A DNA stretch of 64,000 nucleotides. Source: Macrostomum hystrix (Eukaryota; Animalia; Platyhelminthes). The stretch lies in NCBI GenBank assembly GCA_950097015.1, contig CATNEN010000015.1:992001-1056000 (forward strand), in the 5' to 3' direction. The translations under genes were made by a program, and so were the position numbers. Below the pieces are notes generated by a model. That model had not been told where the DNA came from. It worked only from the letters and a program-made list of their open reading frames with translations, and ran no database searches. Shown here piece after piece: positions 1-12,300 of this stretch. How positions within the stretch are numbered: position 1 is the stretch's first letter; each line of letters opens with the position of its first letter.

Positions 1-1205
1 CTTATACAAAAAATGAGTCACAATGTTGTCCTGTACACACTGCTTTCATCAATAAATAATTAAGTATAAACAATTATAGGGCCTACTGTCATATACACTA
101 GGCCTACACTTAAATTTATAAGTTAAATTTAAATCTTAAAAAGTTAGGCCTACCAACTAGCAAAAAAGCTAAATTATTGTCATTGAAACAAAGAAAAAAA
201 CTAGTTACCAGTAAATTCCTAACAGAGATAGTCCTTCAAAAGCATTATAAAAGCATTTACTAAGATTCAACTTGTAGCTAATAACTTCTAGCAATAACTA
301 CTAGTAACTTAGTAAGACAGAGACTATAGCATGATTGCTAATTCTTATCATGTCACAGATAATTAGTCCACGCATAAGAATATAGGGAAGTGCTTCTTTC
401 GTAAAAGAAAGACATGCTAAGAAGTTATGCTGTGCCCTATTCCTAAGATAGTGGTAAAGTACTCTTTACCACTACTACCCATGCTACGTATCAGAATATG
501 CATACGAACTCAAATGTTCGTACATGGGGGTAAGTATGGCCTTTTAAAGATATAAGATATGAAATATAAAGATATAAAATTCGTTAGGACTTTTTTAAGC
601 AACATTTGAAGAACTATGCGCTTTATGATAATTTATTAAAAAAGTAATTTTAGTTTGTTGTTTGTTTGACAAATCTTACACCGCTCCTATGTATTGATAC
701 AAACTTTTTAGATATTCGCAAATAATAAGTATGAATCTTTCGTTATTTTAGGGCCAAATATTACTGGCTTATAAACTCCATTTGTAAAAATGGAATGTGG
801 TAAATACAACTGACAGCATTTGCTAAGAAAATTTCAGTTAAATTGCATAGTACAAACTTAATGATGAACGCCATTTTAGTTATATTTTAAAATCGAATGC
901 TGCACGAGGTGACGAGTGATCCATGCACGGTTTATAAGGCTTAATATGTGCATAATCAAAGCTGATAGGTAGATACGTATTGATTGCGATTAAATTTTGC
1001 TATTCTATACTAATTTATTTTATTCAACCATTGAACTATTGTATTATAATTATAATATCCCTAGATTCTTTATTTATTCTTATACCTGATAGTAGCTTTC
1101 CAATAAGACTTCCAACCTATTAAAATTTCTTCAAATAATTATTATAGCATGACCTTTCTGCCTTGCGTCAACCAGGCATCGACCAGTAGGAATGGCTTAC
1201 TGGAT

Positions 1206-1651
1206 CCTAGACACTTCGTCATCTTACAACTTCGTCATCTTACAACTTCGTCATCCACTTGGAAGGTAGTGACACTTCTTCATCCAGCCAATTGGCATGC
1301 TTTAAAGTTTGGTCAGTTCGTCATCTTCCAATAACAAGCAATCAAGTTCGTCATCAATAAAGTGAGGGTGGGGACGTGGGGTGGTGGGGCAGAGGTGTGA
1401 ACACACTTCACACTCTAAATTATAAAAAAGAGGTGTCAAAACTGATTTTATTATAAGTGTTGAAAGATAGGTGCCAACACGATGTGAGGAGGGGTGGGGA
1501 GGGGTGGTTCTGTTCTAACTTTGAAAACTTTTGTTTTATAGATGACGAAGTGTCCACAAGTCTAAGTCTCTTTGTTATCCACCCTCTAAGATATGATATT
1601 GGACAGATCATCATCTGGATGACGAAGTTGTAAGATGACGAAGTGTCCAGG
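1206..1651. mobile_element. MITE-like non-autonomous DNA transposon
   Basis: CCTAGACACTTCGTCATCTTACAACTTCGTCATC (1206-1239) is the reverse complement of 1618-1651 with 1 mismatch. Further TTCGTCATC/GATGACGAA words occur near 1245, 1317, 1348 and 1541. No transposase ORF. Confidence 0.65.
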
Positions 1652-3311
1652 TACCGGCTTTGGCCTACTGACGCTAAAATGTCTATAGCACAATAACACT
1701 AATGCCTATGCTCAGACCCTTTAATGAGAAATTAAAGGGTGCTGTCAGGCTCATCATTCCCATAAAGCATTAGTATTAATACACTATTATTGCAAGTAGG
1801 GGCCTATATTGCATGCTATTAGTTAGGCCCCTAGTTAAATACTAACACCTAATGTGATATAAAATGTATAAAAAAGTAATTTGCAAAATCTAGCCTAGTT
1901 AGCTGTTTTTTAATTTAGCATTTGCAACACATGTAGGGCCTAGCCTAGACATTTTGTTTTTAGCAATCCTCTTGTTTTGCATGTTTACAAAATGTTTTAC
2001 TACATCACCCTCCCCTTGAAAAAATGTCCTCATTGGACTACTACAATATACTAAGAGCATACATTAAATGCATAGGCCTAATAAAGAAAAGTTATGGATA
2101 TAATAGGAAGCAAAACAACAGACTATGGAACAGCAGCACTGTCTAATAGCATATTGACATTTCTAGCCTAAAGATAAACATAAATATGCACTTGGGAAAA
2201 TGTAATTGCAACAGCACCAGCATAGAAAGCAAATTAACTATGCTCATAATGTCCTAACAACATTAGTTCTGCCTGTGCTATTATTATCATATGCAAAACA
2301 TTTTTTGTTGTGAGTGGCAGCACCGCCAACAAGCCACTCAAATAGCATGCATAGGATTTGCCACTGAAGAAGGACTGTTGCCAAAAGTAGGCCTAACTTT
2401 ACAAGAATAAAATAAAATTTTCCTTGACAATGATGAACAACAGTTATAGACTAGGCAATTTTGATTTTTTATGGTTACTGAATAGTGGCCATGCAATATA
2501 ACTTCCGACTTTAAATTTTGGAGTCAATGTACAAAAAAAACTTAATTTTGTTGTTCAAATTTAACACAGTAGTACAGTAGGCCTAAAAGTTTGGTCCTAA
2601 ACCAATTTTATCTTTCTTTATTATCAATCAGGCTTCTTTGTTGTGTTCTATGGCTATGGCTATGGCCCAGTCTATGCTATTTGACTAATTAGTGGTATAT
2701 TTTAAAATGAAGTATGAATTAAAATACAAAATAAAAATTCTAAAAGAAACTAATTTTTGTGTCATCAAAGCCAAATAAAACAAGAAAAAGCTGACTACAA
2801 CTGGCTCTAAAATCTAGATTAGGGTCTTAAATTAAAGTAATGATTAAGTAAAAAATTACTAAAATTATATTATATTCACAGTACTATTCACATGAACAAT
2901 CAAGAATACTATGTAATATTTTTTTCTACCAGATTCCAAACTATTAGTAAAAACAAACATTTAAACAATTTTATTATATAAGACAGATTTTTACTGGCAG
3001 TGATCCAGCTGCGATATAGCTTGATAGCTCGATATATTAATACATTTGGTATGCCTACACAGATAAATGTACATACTCCTTAGCTAATATAACCTAGAGC
3101 CCAAAAAGTATTTTTCTTTTGTAAATATACATGCTTTTTTAATAAAAAGTCATAAACATATATTATATTGATAACTACGTTAATATTTTAATAAAAATCA
3201 TTTATAATATTTGTGGAATTTTTCACTTCTTTAATATGCATTTAGTGTTTAAATAGGTTTTTTATTTCTTTCAGAAATTGTTTATTAAGGTCCTAATTGT
3301 GATTAGAAAGC

Positions 3312-6300
3312 ATGGCTAATCTAAAACCTTATGCAACAGCAAAGACTGCAATTCAAAAACGGTCTCGGTCATCTGTGAGTTGATTGATTTTATTCTTTCT
3401 GCTTAGCACAGCAACTTTAAGTTCTTTACTTTCTGTATTACCATACATTAGTATTGCTATATTAGAGCATTGGGTCTCCAATCCTTCCCTCCCCTGTCCA
3501 GATCCTGAAGCGCACCCTTAACGATGACGACATCATTCCGGACGACCTCTGTGACGTCAATGGTGGCGTCTTTGGCGGCAGCCAGCCAAAGCGGGTGAGC
3601 TTCGCGCGCACCTACAAGCTGAAGGAGTTCATCAAGGAGTCAGACATGCTGACGCTGCCATCAGTTGATGGAACAGGAGTCACAGAGCATCTCGCTGTCA
3701 TCGGCATGTCTTTGACTCAGCCCACACCGACCTCCAGTGCTAGCGCTGCCGCCGCGGGGAGTCGCACTTTGTGCGACTCGGTTGCCATGGAGATCACTAA
3801 CATGACGTGTACGACGGCTGCCCCAGCGGTTGTCGGCGAAGATATCGAGGATGATTTCTCAGCGTTCCTGGCCGCTCACGACAATGACCCGCCGACGTTA
3901 AAGCCGGCGATGAAGTCGAACCAGCAGCAGCAGCAGCAGCCGACGATTCATGGCGATGCTGACGTCGAGGATAATAACGACCTTCTTGGCGGCGATGACT
4001 CGAAGGATGACGACGAGGAGTCCCGGCGTCTGAGGCGTCAGTTGTTCGGCAGCCGGCTTGTTGCTCAGATGCACCAGCTGCTACACCACGAGCTGCTTGG
4101 CGAACGGATTCTGCCAATGCCGAATTATTCCGACACGTCCAGCTGCGAGTCTTTGAAGCTGGCCGCTGCGGCTACGGTTGCTGCGGCCGCCTTAGGTGGC
4201 TCTTCGTCGAGTGGCAGCAGCATGACCATGATCACTTCTTCATCTGCGTCTGCTACGGCAACGGTTAGTCAGCACTTTTTCCAGGCCTATCAGCAGTCCG
4301 AGTTGCATCACCATCATCTGCACCACAATCACCTGCGGCAGCATGCGCATTTTGCTGCCTCCTCTACCAGGTAACAAAATAATTGCTCTTTTAACGTGTT
4401 TAAAGTACTTTAAAATATGGTTTATCCAACAGTACGACTACCAAGCCATTCCCCCTTTTTACCTAGGTGTGGGGGCTCTCCCTTCCCAGGTGAGGGTGTC
4501 CATGCGCTAATATTTAGGCTTGATCAGTGCAATCGAAAAAATTCGCGTCAGGGTGTCCATAGTGGCCCAGTTCTACCTATTGTAGCCATTGAAGCTCCAG
4601 CAGTCCGTCGTGATAAAGGTGTGGTGACCACCGAAGACAGATGATGCAGGCACATTCGGGTGACATGCAGATAAATCTTAAAGGTCTGTCAAAGCCGCAC
4701 TGAGGCGAAGTGCTAATTTGTGTGTAGAAGTTTATGAAATACACTAGCACTTATAGGAAAAATCTGACCTTCGGCCAGAACCATTGAATATCTCCATGGC
4801 TGAAGAGCTGACGACTTGGTTATTGTTTCAGAAGATGCGCAGCAAAAATTTGTTTTGTGTTCTTGAGTTTCGTCTGCTGCGTTGCTCCGTTCGAATGATA
4901 ATGGATACAATATGTAAAACTATCATTCAATCAAATCGTTTCTCAGGTGCACTACCACGGATCTGGCACCATTTCACGACGAGTCGTTGATGTCGACTAC
5001 TCGCCAACTCGACCAGCAGAAGCCTCTTCCGGAAGCTCCATCTGACGTTGGCAACAACTCCCTGCAGGACCGCTGCCGTGAGCTGGAGGAGCTCTTCCAC
5101 AGCGTCTGCCACGGCCTATCGCCTGGTCGAGGACGCGCCAGTTCTGCCGCGGCCGCCGCCGCCGCAGACTCGTCCGCCCTAGCGCTGGAACGATCCCTTT
5201 TTGGTGGCAGTGTCGGCAGCGACAACATGAGCATTGTCACGGCTACAGTTTGCCAGCCATTGGCTGCTCAAATCAACGACTCTAATGATGGTGAGGCTCA
5301 TGGTTTGCTTCAACATCACTAGAAATCAGAATCATTTCAGATTAGACTATTCAAATGCATTGAAAAGTCTCTTAAGAGTAGAAAAGCAACGCTATTTCCC
5401 CCTAGTGAAAGAATTCGGGCTGGTTCAATCACCCAACACTTCACGGAGGGGCTGAGTAGGTCAGCGGCTAATCTCGCTGCCTCACTTTCCAATGGTCGCT
5501 GGTTCGTTCCTCCCTCCAAGTCACGATTATTTCGGGGCATAGTTGGGGTCTGCGAAGTAGTGACTTGCGGAGATGCTCCTTATTCCGTGCATCTCCGAAT
5601 ACTGAAAAAGGGGGTATTCGTAACACTGATTAAGCAATCCTTGTGAGCGTTTTATTCAGGTGATAGGCCATTCTGCCCATTTCGCTGACCCCAAAGCACA
5701 CACGCACATACAGCTCGGTACGCAGGCACTCACAGCTGTGTAAATCTGCCCTGTATTTCTCATTGTCAAGCACTGAGGACTTATAAATCAAGCCCAGGTA
5801 CTTTAGTGCGAGAGGCAAATGCGCTAAGCCCTCATGAGAAATCGTTTGCTTATAGCAGTTAAAAAACGACCACAATATCTGTTTTTAGTGTCATTCGATG
5901 ACGGTCAAGATGTGGCCAATCCTGTTTGCCCGTCTGTAAGCGACGTCACCTGTCTAGGCGACAGTTTCAAAAACGATACGGACAAAGATGGTAGCAATAT
6001 GGTGCTGGACACTGTTGGTGTTCGGGATTCTGTACCTAAGCATGAGGCTGCTGCCGCTGCTCATAGTGGTCCTAGCTTCGCGCCACAAGTTGCAAACAAA
6101 AATGAAGAGAACAAAGAGGACACGCGTGAGGCGTCTTCATTTATGTCTCTGAGTACTGGGTGAGTTGTGGCACAATATATAATACACAGACCTCATTTTT
6201 ATATCCAACTTGATATCCAAACAACCTGATATCTGTGTCTGAACATAGTTGTACCTGTTTTTTCTGTTTTGATTAGAGAGGTCTGTATCTAGCACATCTA

Positions 6301-9300
6301 CCTAGCACAGTGTGGCTTAAATGCAGTTTGTTATGGGTGTCTAAACCTAGCACAGTGTAGCTTAAATGCAGTTTGTTATGGCTGTCTAAACCTAGCACAA
6401 TGTAGCTTAAATGCAGTTTGTTATGGCTGTCTAAACCTAGCACAATGTAGCTTAAATGCAGTTTGTTATGGGTGTCTAAATCTAGCACAGTGTGGCTTAA
6501 ATGCAGTTTGTTATGGGTGTCTAAACCTAGCACAATGTTGCTTAAATGTAGTTTGTTATGGGTGTCTAAACCTAGCACAATGTAGCTTAAATGCAGTTTG
6601 TTATGGCTGTCTAAACCTAGCACAGTGTTGCTTAAATGCAGTTTGTTATGGGTGTCTAAACCTAGCACAATGTAGCTTAAATGCAGTTTGTTATGGCTGT
6701 CTAAACCTAGCACAGTGTTGCTTAAATGCAGTTTGTTATGGCTGTCTAAACCTAGCACAGTGTGGCTTAAATGCAGTTTGTTATGGGTGTCTAAACCTAG
6801 CACAATGTAGCTTAAATGCAGTTTGTTATGGGTGTCTAAACCTAGCACAGTGTAGCTTAAATGCAGTTTGTTATGGGTGTCTAAACCTAGCACAGTGTGG
6901 CTTAAATGCAGTTTGTTATGGGTGTCTAAACCTAGCACAGTGTGGCTTAAATGCAGTTTGTTATGGGTGTCTAAACCTAGCACAGTGTAGCTTAAATGCA
7001 GCTTGTTATGGGTGTCTAAACCTAGCACAATGTTGCTTAAATGTAGTTTGTTATGGCTGTCTAAACCTAGCACAGTGTAGCTTAAATGCAGTTTGTCAGG
7101 GGTTTCTAAACCCAGCATCGTGGCTTTTCCTCGCCCAGGGAGTTTAAATCTAACACATGAATTTTCGCTTCAGCATCAGCCCGAATTCTCGAGGTCCGAT
7201 TCCACCAACGCCCAGCATCCTAAAGTCTCCCGCCCCATCGTCCTCTGTCGCCGTCGGGTCGCCATTTCGTCGCCTATTTGAGCCGGCCTCGGATACCGAC
7301 TCGCCGCTGCTGCTACCACCGCGCAGCTGTCGCAAGTCCACTGCCGACTCGCCCATGCTAGTCGAGGACATCATGCGGCGCGCCTCGGACAACCTCATGG
7401 TGTCCATGCCATCGGCCTGCTACTCAGGCGCCTTCTGCCTCGACAACTCCACCAGCGATGAATTGTTCGCCGAAATTCGACGCGTCTGCGACCAGCTGCC
7501 GTTGAAGCTGAAGCTGGCCCTTTTAAGCCGATTCCAACTCGAGCGAGAGCGCTGCCAAGTCGACGTGGCTCTTGGCAGCCTGAATTCGTTGTGCGATGCG
7601 GCCGACAGTCAGATTGGCGCCGAGGACGCGGCGGCCGCTCTCTATCGTCGACGCCTGGGCGAAGCTGCCAGCGACATGGTGGCAAAACTGCTGCCCGACA
7701 TTCTGGCGGGCGATAAAGTTCGAAGTCTGTGCAGCAGACTGCCGGTGGACCAACTGGCCAGGCGTAAGTTTTTCATATAGGGAGCGGATTGAGTTGGTTG
7801 GGGGCGCATTGAGTTGGTTGGGGAGCGGATTGAGTTGGTTGGGGGGCGGATTGAGTTGGTTGGGGGGCGGATTGAGTTGGTTGGGGAGCGGATTGAGTTG
7901 GTTGGGGGGCGGATTGAGTTGGTTGGGGGCCGATTGAGTTGGTAGTGGGCGAAATCAGTTTATTAGGGGGCGAATTTTGTTTAATAGGGGCGGATTCTGT
8001 TTAGTAAAGGGCGGATTCTGTTTTTTTAGGGGCCGATTCTGTCTATTAGAGTTGTGCAGATTCTGTTTATTAGGGAGCAGATCAAGTTGATAGGGAGCGA
8101 GTCCGTTAGTACAGATTGCATAGGGAGTTTTGTGCAGGATCGGTGCCAGTATTACCAGACTGTGAGCTGGTCCTGAGTCAAAGCCGCACCTGAATTCTCC
8201 CGCCAGTGAAGCAGCGGGGCCGCCAGCTGCTCATGGAGAAGAGTCGCTGCTTGCTGTCAGCAGCGCTGGATTCTGCTGTGGCCGAGGCCTCGGTGGACCG
8301 GGTCCTCAGGCCGCCTCCCTGCGCCAGCTCTAAGCGGCGCTCGCAGCGTCTAGACTCCTGGCTGAGTACTCCGCCAGCCAGAGGGGAGTTGTCCACAGCT
8401 GAGGACTGCGCTCCGCTGTTCAACGCTCGACTCGTGGCTGAGAGCGCGTAAGTGCCGACCTGCCAGTCATTGAGCCTCCTCGAGCAGCTGAGTCACAGAT
8501 TTGCATGCAATCCTTCACTGCAGGTTCTGCACAGTGCAGTGCTCGGTGTCAGAGGATCCGCCCATTGTGCTGCTGAAGTATCTCCACAGTCGGCTGCACA
8601 TCAGCTGCCGAGTTCTGTTTGAAGAGCGCGAGGCTAAGCGGACTGATAACAGTCAGGGGCCAGACACCGAGCTGGCTGCTTCAGCGGGCGATTCTGTTCG
8701 AGTGCTGAGCTTCACCTGCTCTGTTTGGAAAGGTGAGAAAGGCTGGAAGGAAGGAAAAGGAGCGGGAAAATCGTGAAATGTAAATGGACGCGTTGGACAA
8801 TAAAACCATTGGGTTAACAATCTGAGCTCGTAGGTTGGAAACAATTACGGCAGACTACGAAAATGGATTAGAGAATCAATTTACTAGGGTGGATTATAAA
8901 GAATCAATAATTAAGGTAGATAAGAAAGATAATAGAGCTGATCAGAAAACTAACACTGAAAGGATTTTTTTAAACTAACAAATCTGGAAATATTTGTTTC
9001 TTTATATCATTTCTTGCATCCTCAATCATCGCATCCCCAATCCTCAATCATCAATCATCGCATCCCCAATCCTAAATCCTCAATCCTGAATCATCAATCC
9101 TCAATCTTCAATCCTCACATCCCAAATCCCCAATCCTCGCATCCCAAATCCCCAATCCTCAATCCTTAATCTTCAATCCTCGCATCCCCAATCCTAAATC
9201 CTCAATCCTTTTCCAGACGGCTGCAGCAGCGGGCTCTACGGCCAATTTTCGGCTCTGTTTAACTCCACCGCCGCCCTGCTGCGGGACTCGCTCAGCTACT

Positions 9301-12300
9301 GCTGCATGAACATGCCACTGGCCAAGTTTGAGCAGGTTCGAGCTTGCTTTGTATTTGCATTTGCTATGCTCCTGATCCGAGAAGCCTGTATCGATAACAA
9401 TGCAATTCCAGAGAGCCTATGACATTGTAAAGCCGGCCTACCTGCTGCTGCTGGACTTTGTCAGGCTGCAGCTCGTGCCCTGCCAAGTGCGGCTGGACTG
9501 CCTGGCTGAAAAATCTGTTGCGTAAGTGTTACTTTTGTTTAGTTTTTTTGCTGCCTGTTTTAAACACTAGAGGTGGCTGACTTCGAAGAGGTGACTTCGA
9601 AATCAGGAGACGAGGAAAAATATTAAACAAGTGAAAACGTTTTTAAACATTTTGCGCACTCCACAAACTTTTAAATTAGTAAGATTACAACATTTTTATC
9701 CTGCGCCACCAATCTACTTGAATTTGAAGAGGCAGTTCTCAAATTTTCCGTTGAAGTTAAGCGCCAAGGCAGAACGGTAGCCTTCTCCATTGTTGTACTC
9801 CAGAGACTCCACGTCAATCTGCTGCACAAGATGCTAATTTCTCGGAACAGTTGTGAGTGTGGCCACTTGATGGTCCGACTCTTGGACAGAGCTAGAAGAT
9901 TGGCGGGACAATACAGATGTTTCAGTCATGGACACTGTGTTCCCATCATTTCAATGGGTTTGCTCAGTCTTCTCGGCTTTGCCCGTGGATCCATACAGAT
10001 TCCCTGACATAGCGTCCGACATGTTAGCGATCTCCGTTGCTTAGCGCTTTCCATGCGTAAGGTACCAGGGTGCGGTTATAGCAAAGAAAAAATGGAAGAC
10101 AAAGCACGGAAAGTATTATGCATTTTTCATGTATCGTAGTTTCACGAACCTCTGAATGGTCTTTGCCTCCTTGTGACCAGTGATCTTGCATATTTGCTCG
10201 TGATGAATTCCGGCTTCGGGAATACCAGAGATGACAGTTGGTCGGATACGATGTGCTGTGTACTCCTTCGACAGTCCAGCCGCATTCGATAAAGCCTTCA
10301 TCATTCCCCCGACACTGTTCAAACCTTGTGAGATCTTGGTAAACCAACCAGTTCCGAGGGACGCCTTCTTTTTGGGTGTCAGAAGCAACGGGGAATCTTC
10401 CATGAGTCCGAATGTGGCACTGCGCTTCTGAATATACGGTTGGTCTCCTGCAAAAGGCTTCCACCAGTTGCCCGAATGACCGCTTCTTTACTGTCGCTGA
10501 TTGCACTTGCTGAGAGTTTGGTACCCAAAGTCTTCTGTAGCCCAGTGCGCAAACAGGGTTAGTCTCGAAGATCAGACTTTCAGTCGTCTATCCACGAAGC
10601 CACTCTCGACCACAGTCCAAAAGAGTTGATGAGGATGAAGTACACCACGTGAAGCTGCACAGTTGGGGTTGATCGATCAAAATAGCCAGACAGCCTCCCC
10701 AGGTCCTCCTTACAAATAGCTACAAATTTTTTTTTCTTCCGTTAGCTATGAGAAACAGGCGGCCAGAGGCTTTCAAAGCCAAATTCGCCTGCGCGAACGC
10801 GGCATCCTTGATTATATTCAGCTAGCGAGCACGCAGAAAGTCTCTTAAATTCAAATGTGCTTGCCCTCATTTCCTGACCCATAAAAGAGTGTTGGAAACA
10901 CATCTATCTATGGCGGAAACCTCTCGTCTATTCCTCCGCAAGCCACTAGGAGGGATGGAAGAATCTTCTCCCTGCATTAGTTTCTGCGGCTTTACATGTC
11001 AAAAACCCACCCTACGGGGTGCTTTAGGGAAGTACGAGTATGTAGTGTCTCACGAACAGCGAAATAGTTAGTCAATGATGTCGATGCATGGCTTTTAAGT
11101 GCAGTCAAAAGCCGTGCGTCATCTCTCCATATGCTTTACTTTAGGCTTTATGTCTTTATGTGTAGTTTCTACTTCATTTAAACATAGTAAACAACATCAA
11201 CTACCAGGTACATAACCTACAAAGGAACTCGCCTACATTTGTTCCATTTATTTTTTAGTGTTACTTTACTTCGAACCATAAATACGAGAGCTTTCTCGTA
11301 TATCCAAAACAAGCCAGCTCACTCATCAGTTCTACTATTATGACAAGAGAACCGCTCGTATGTCAAAATGCACCTTATCTATTTTAAAATTGAACTCTTG
11401 AGTATCGTGTGAGCAAGACATCTGCGTATGACCAAGCGCCTTAGTGGCTTCCTGCGTGCTATAAATAAGATCGTTATTATAAGAGTTATGCAAAAATTTT
11501 GTTTTGAAATCAAACGATTGAGTTTAGAAAGATGCGTCCACTTTTTCTTATAGCCCTCCTGTTGGTTGTGATAGCAGCCTCAGGCGCTGCAGCCAGTGAT
11601 CCGCAAAGGTCGGATATGGTTCACAGAGCCAAAGAATACATTGACGCCATGCAGGAGCTGTCAAAGATGATTAACAAGGGCTTCGAAGCGATTAAGTCCA
11701 TCACCAATGGACTGCCCGGATTCCTGGGACTGATCTCCAAGATCCTCGGCATCATCAACGTGTTCTTCGGTTTGCCGTCGTCTGACTCGCAGCAGCTTAA
11801 AGAGTACTTTGACGAGGTAAACCGGCAGTTTGAGGTGGTCTTCATCCAGATGGACGAGGTCAAGAGGCTTATCAGCTGGGAGTCGGCCAGAGGCAAGTAC
11901 GCTGAGGATGAGAAGCACATCTTGCTCATGAGGACTTACTACAAGCGATACATCAGTCAGCCTGAAAATTTGCAAATCCGAAACCAGTTCTTGACTGCTT
12001 ATGAGCAGAGAATACTCGCCGTGACTCACCTATACCACGGAGTGATCGTAACTGACGGTGTTCTCTTAGACAACCTAGCTGACGCGTCGATCAAGTTCAC
12101 AAATAACGACAGGCGTCTCACTACAGACTTTCTGCTCGGTCTGCTCAAGCTAATTCTACAGGGCTCGCAGATGGACATCCTGTACTACCGGTTGAAGGGC
12201 TTGGATGCCGAGCTGCGCCAGACCCAGTGGGACGAGAAGCTCAAAGAACTGATCACCAAAATCGATAGCACCGATACTCACCTCGTGAGTGTGTGGTTCG

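Noticed and set aside
6273-7118. 281-aa LGLDTHNKLHLSYTV repeat ORF
   Set aside because: Antisense read of a 45-bp intronic array.
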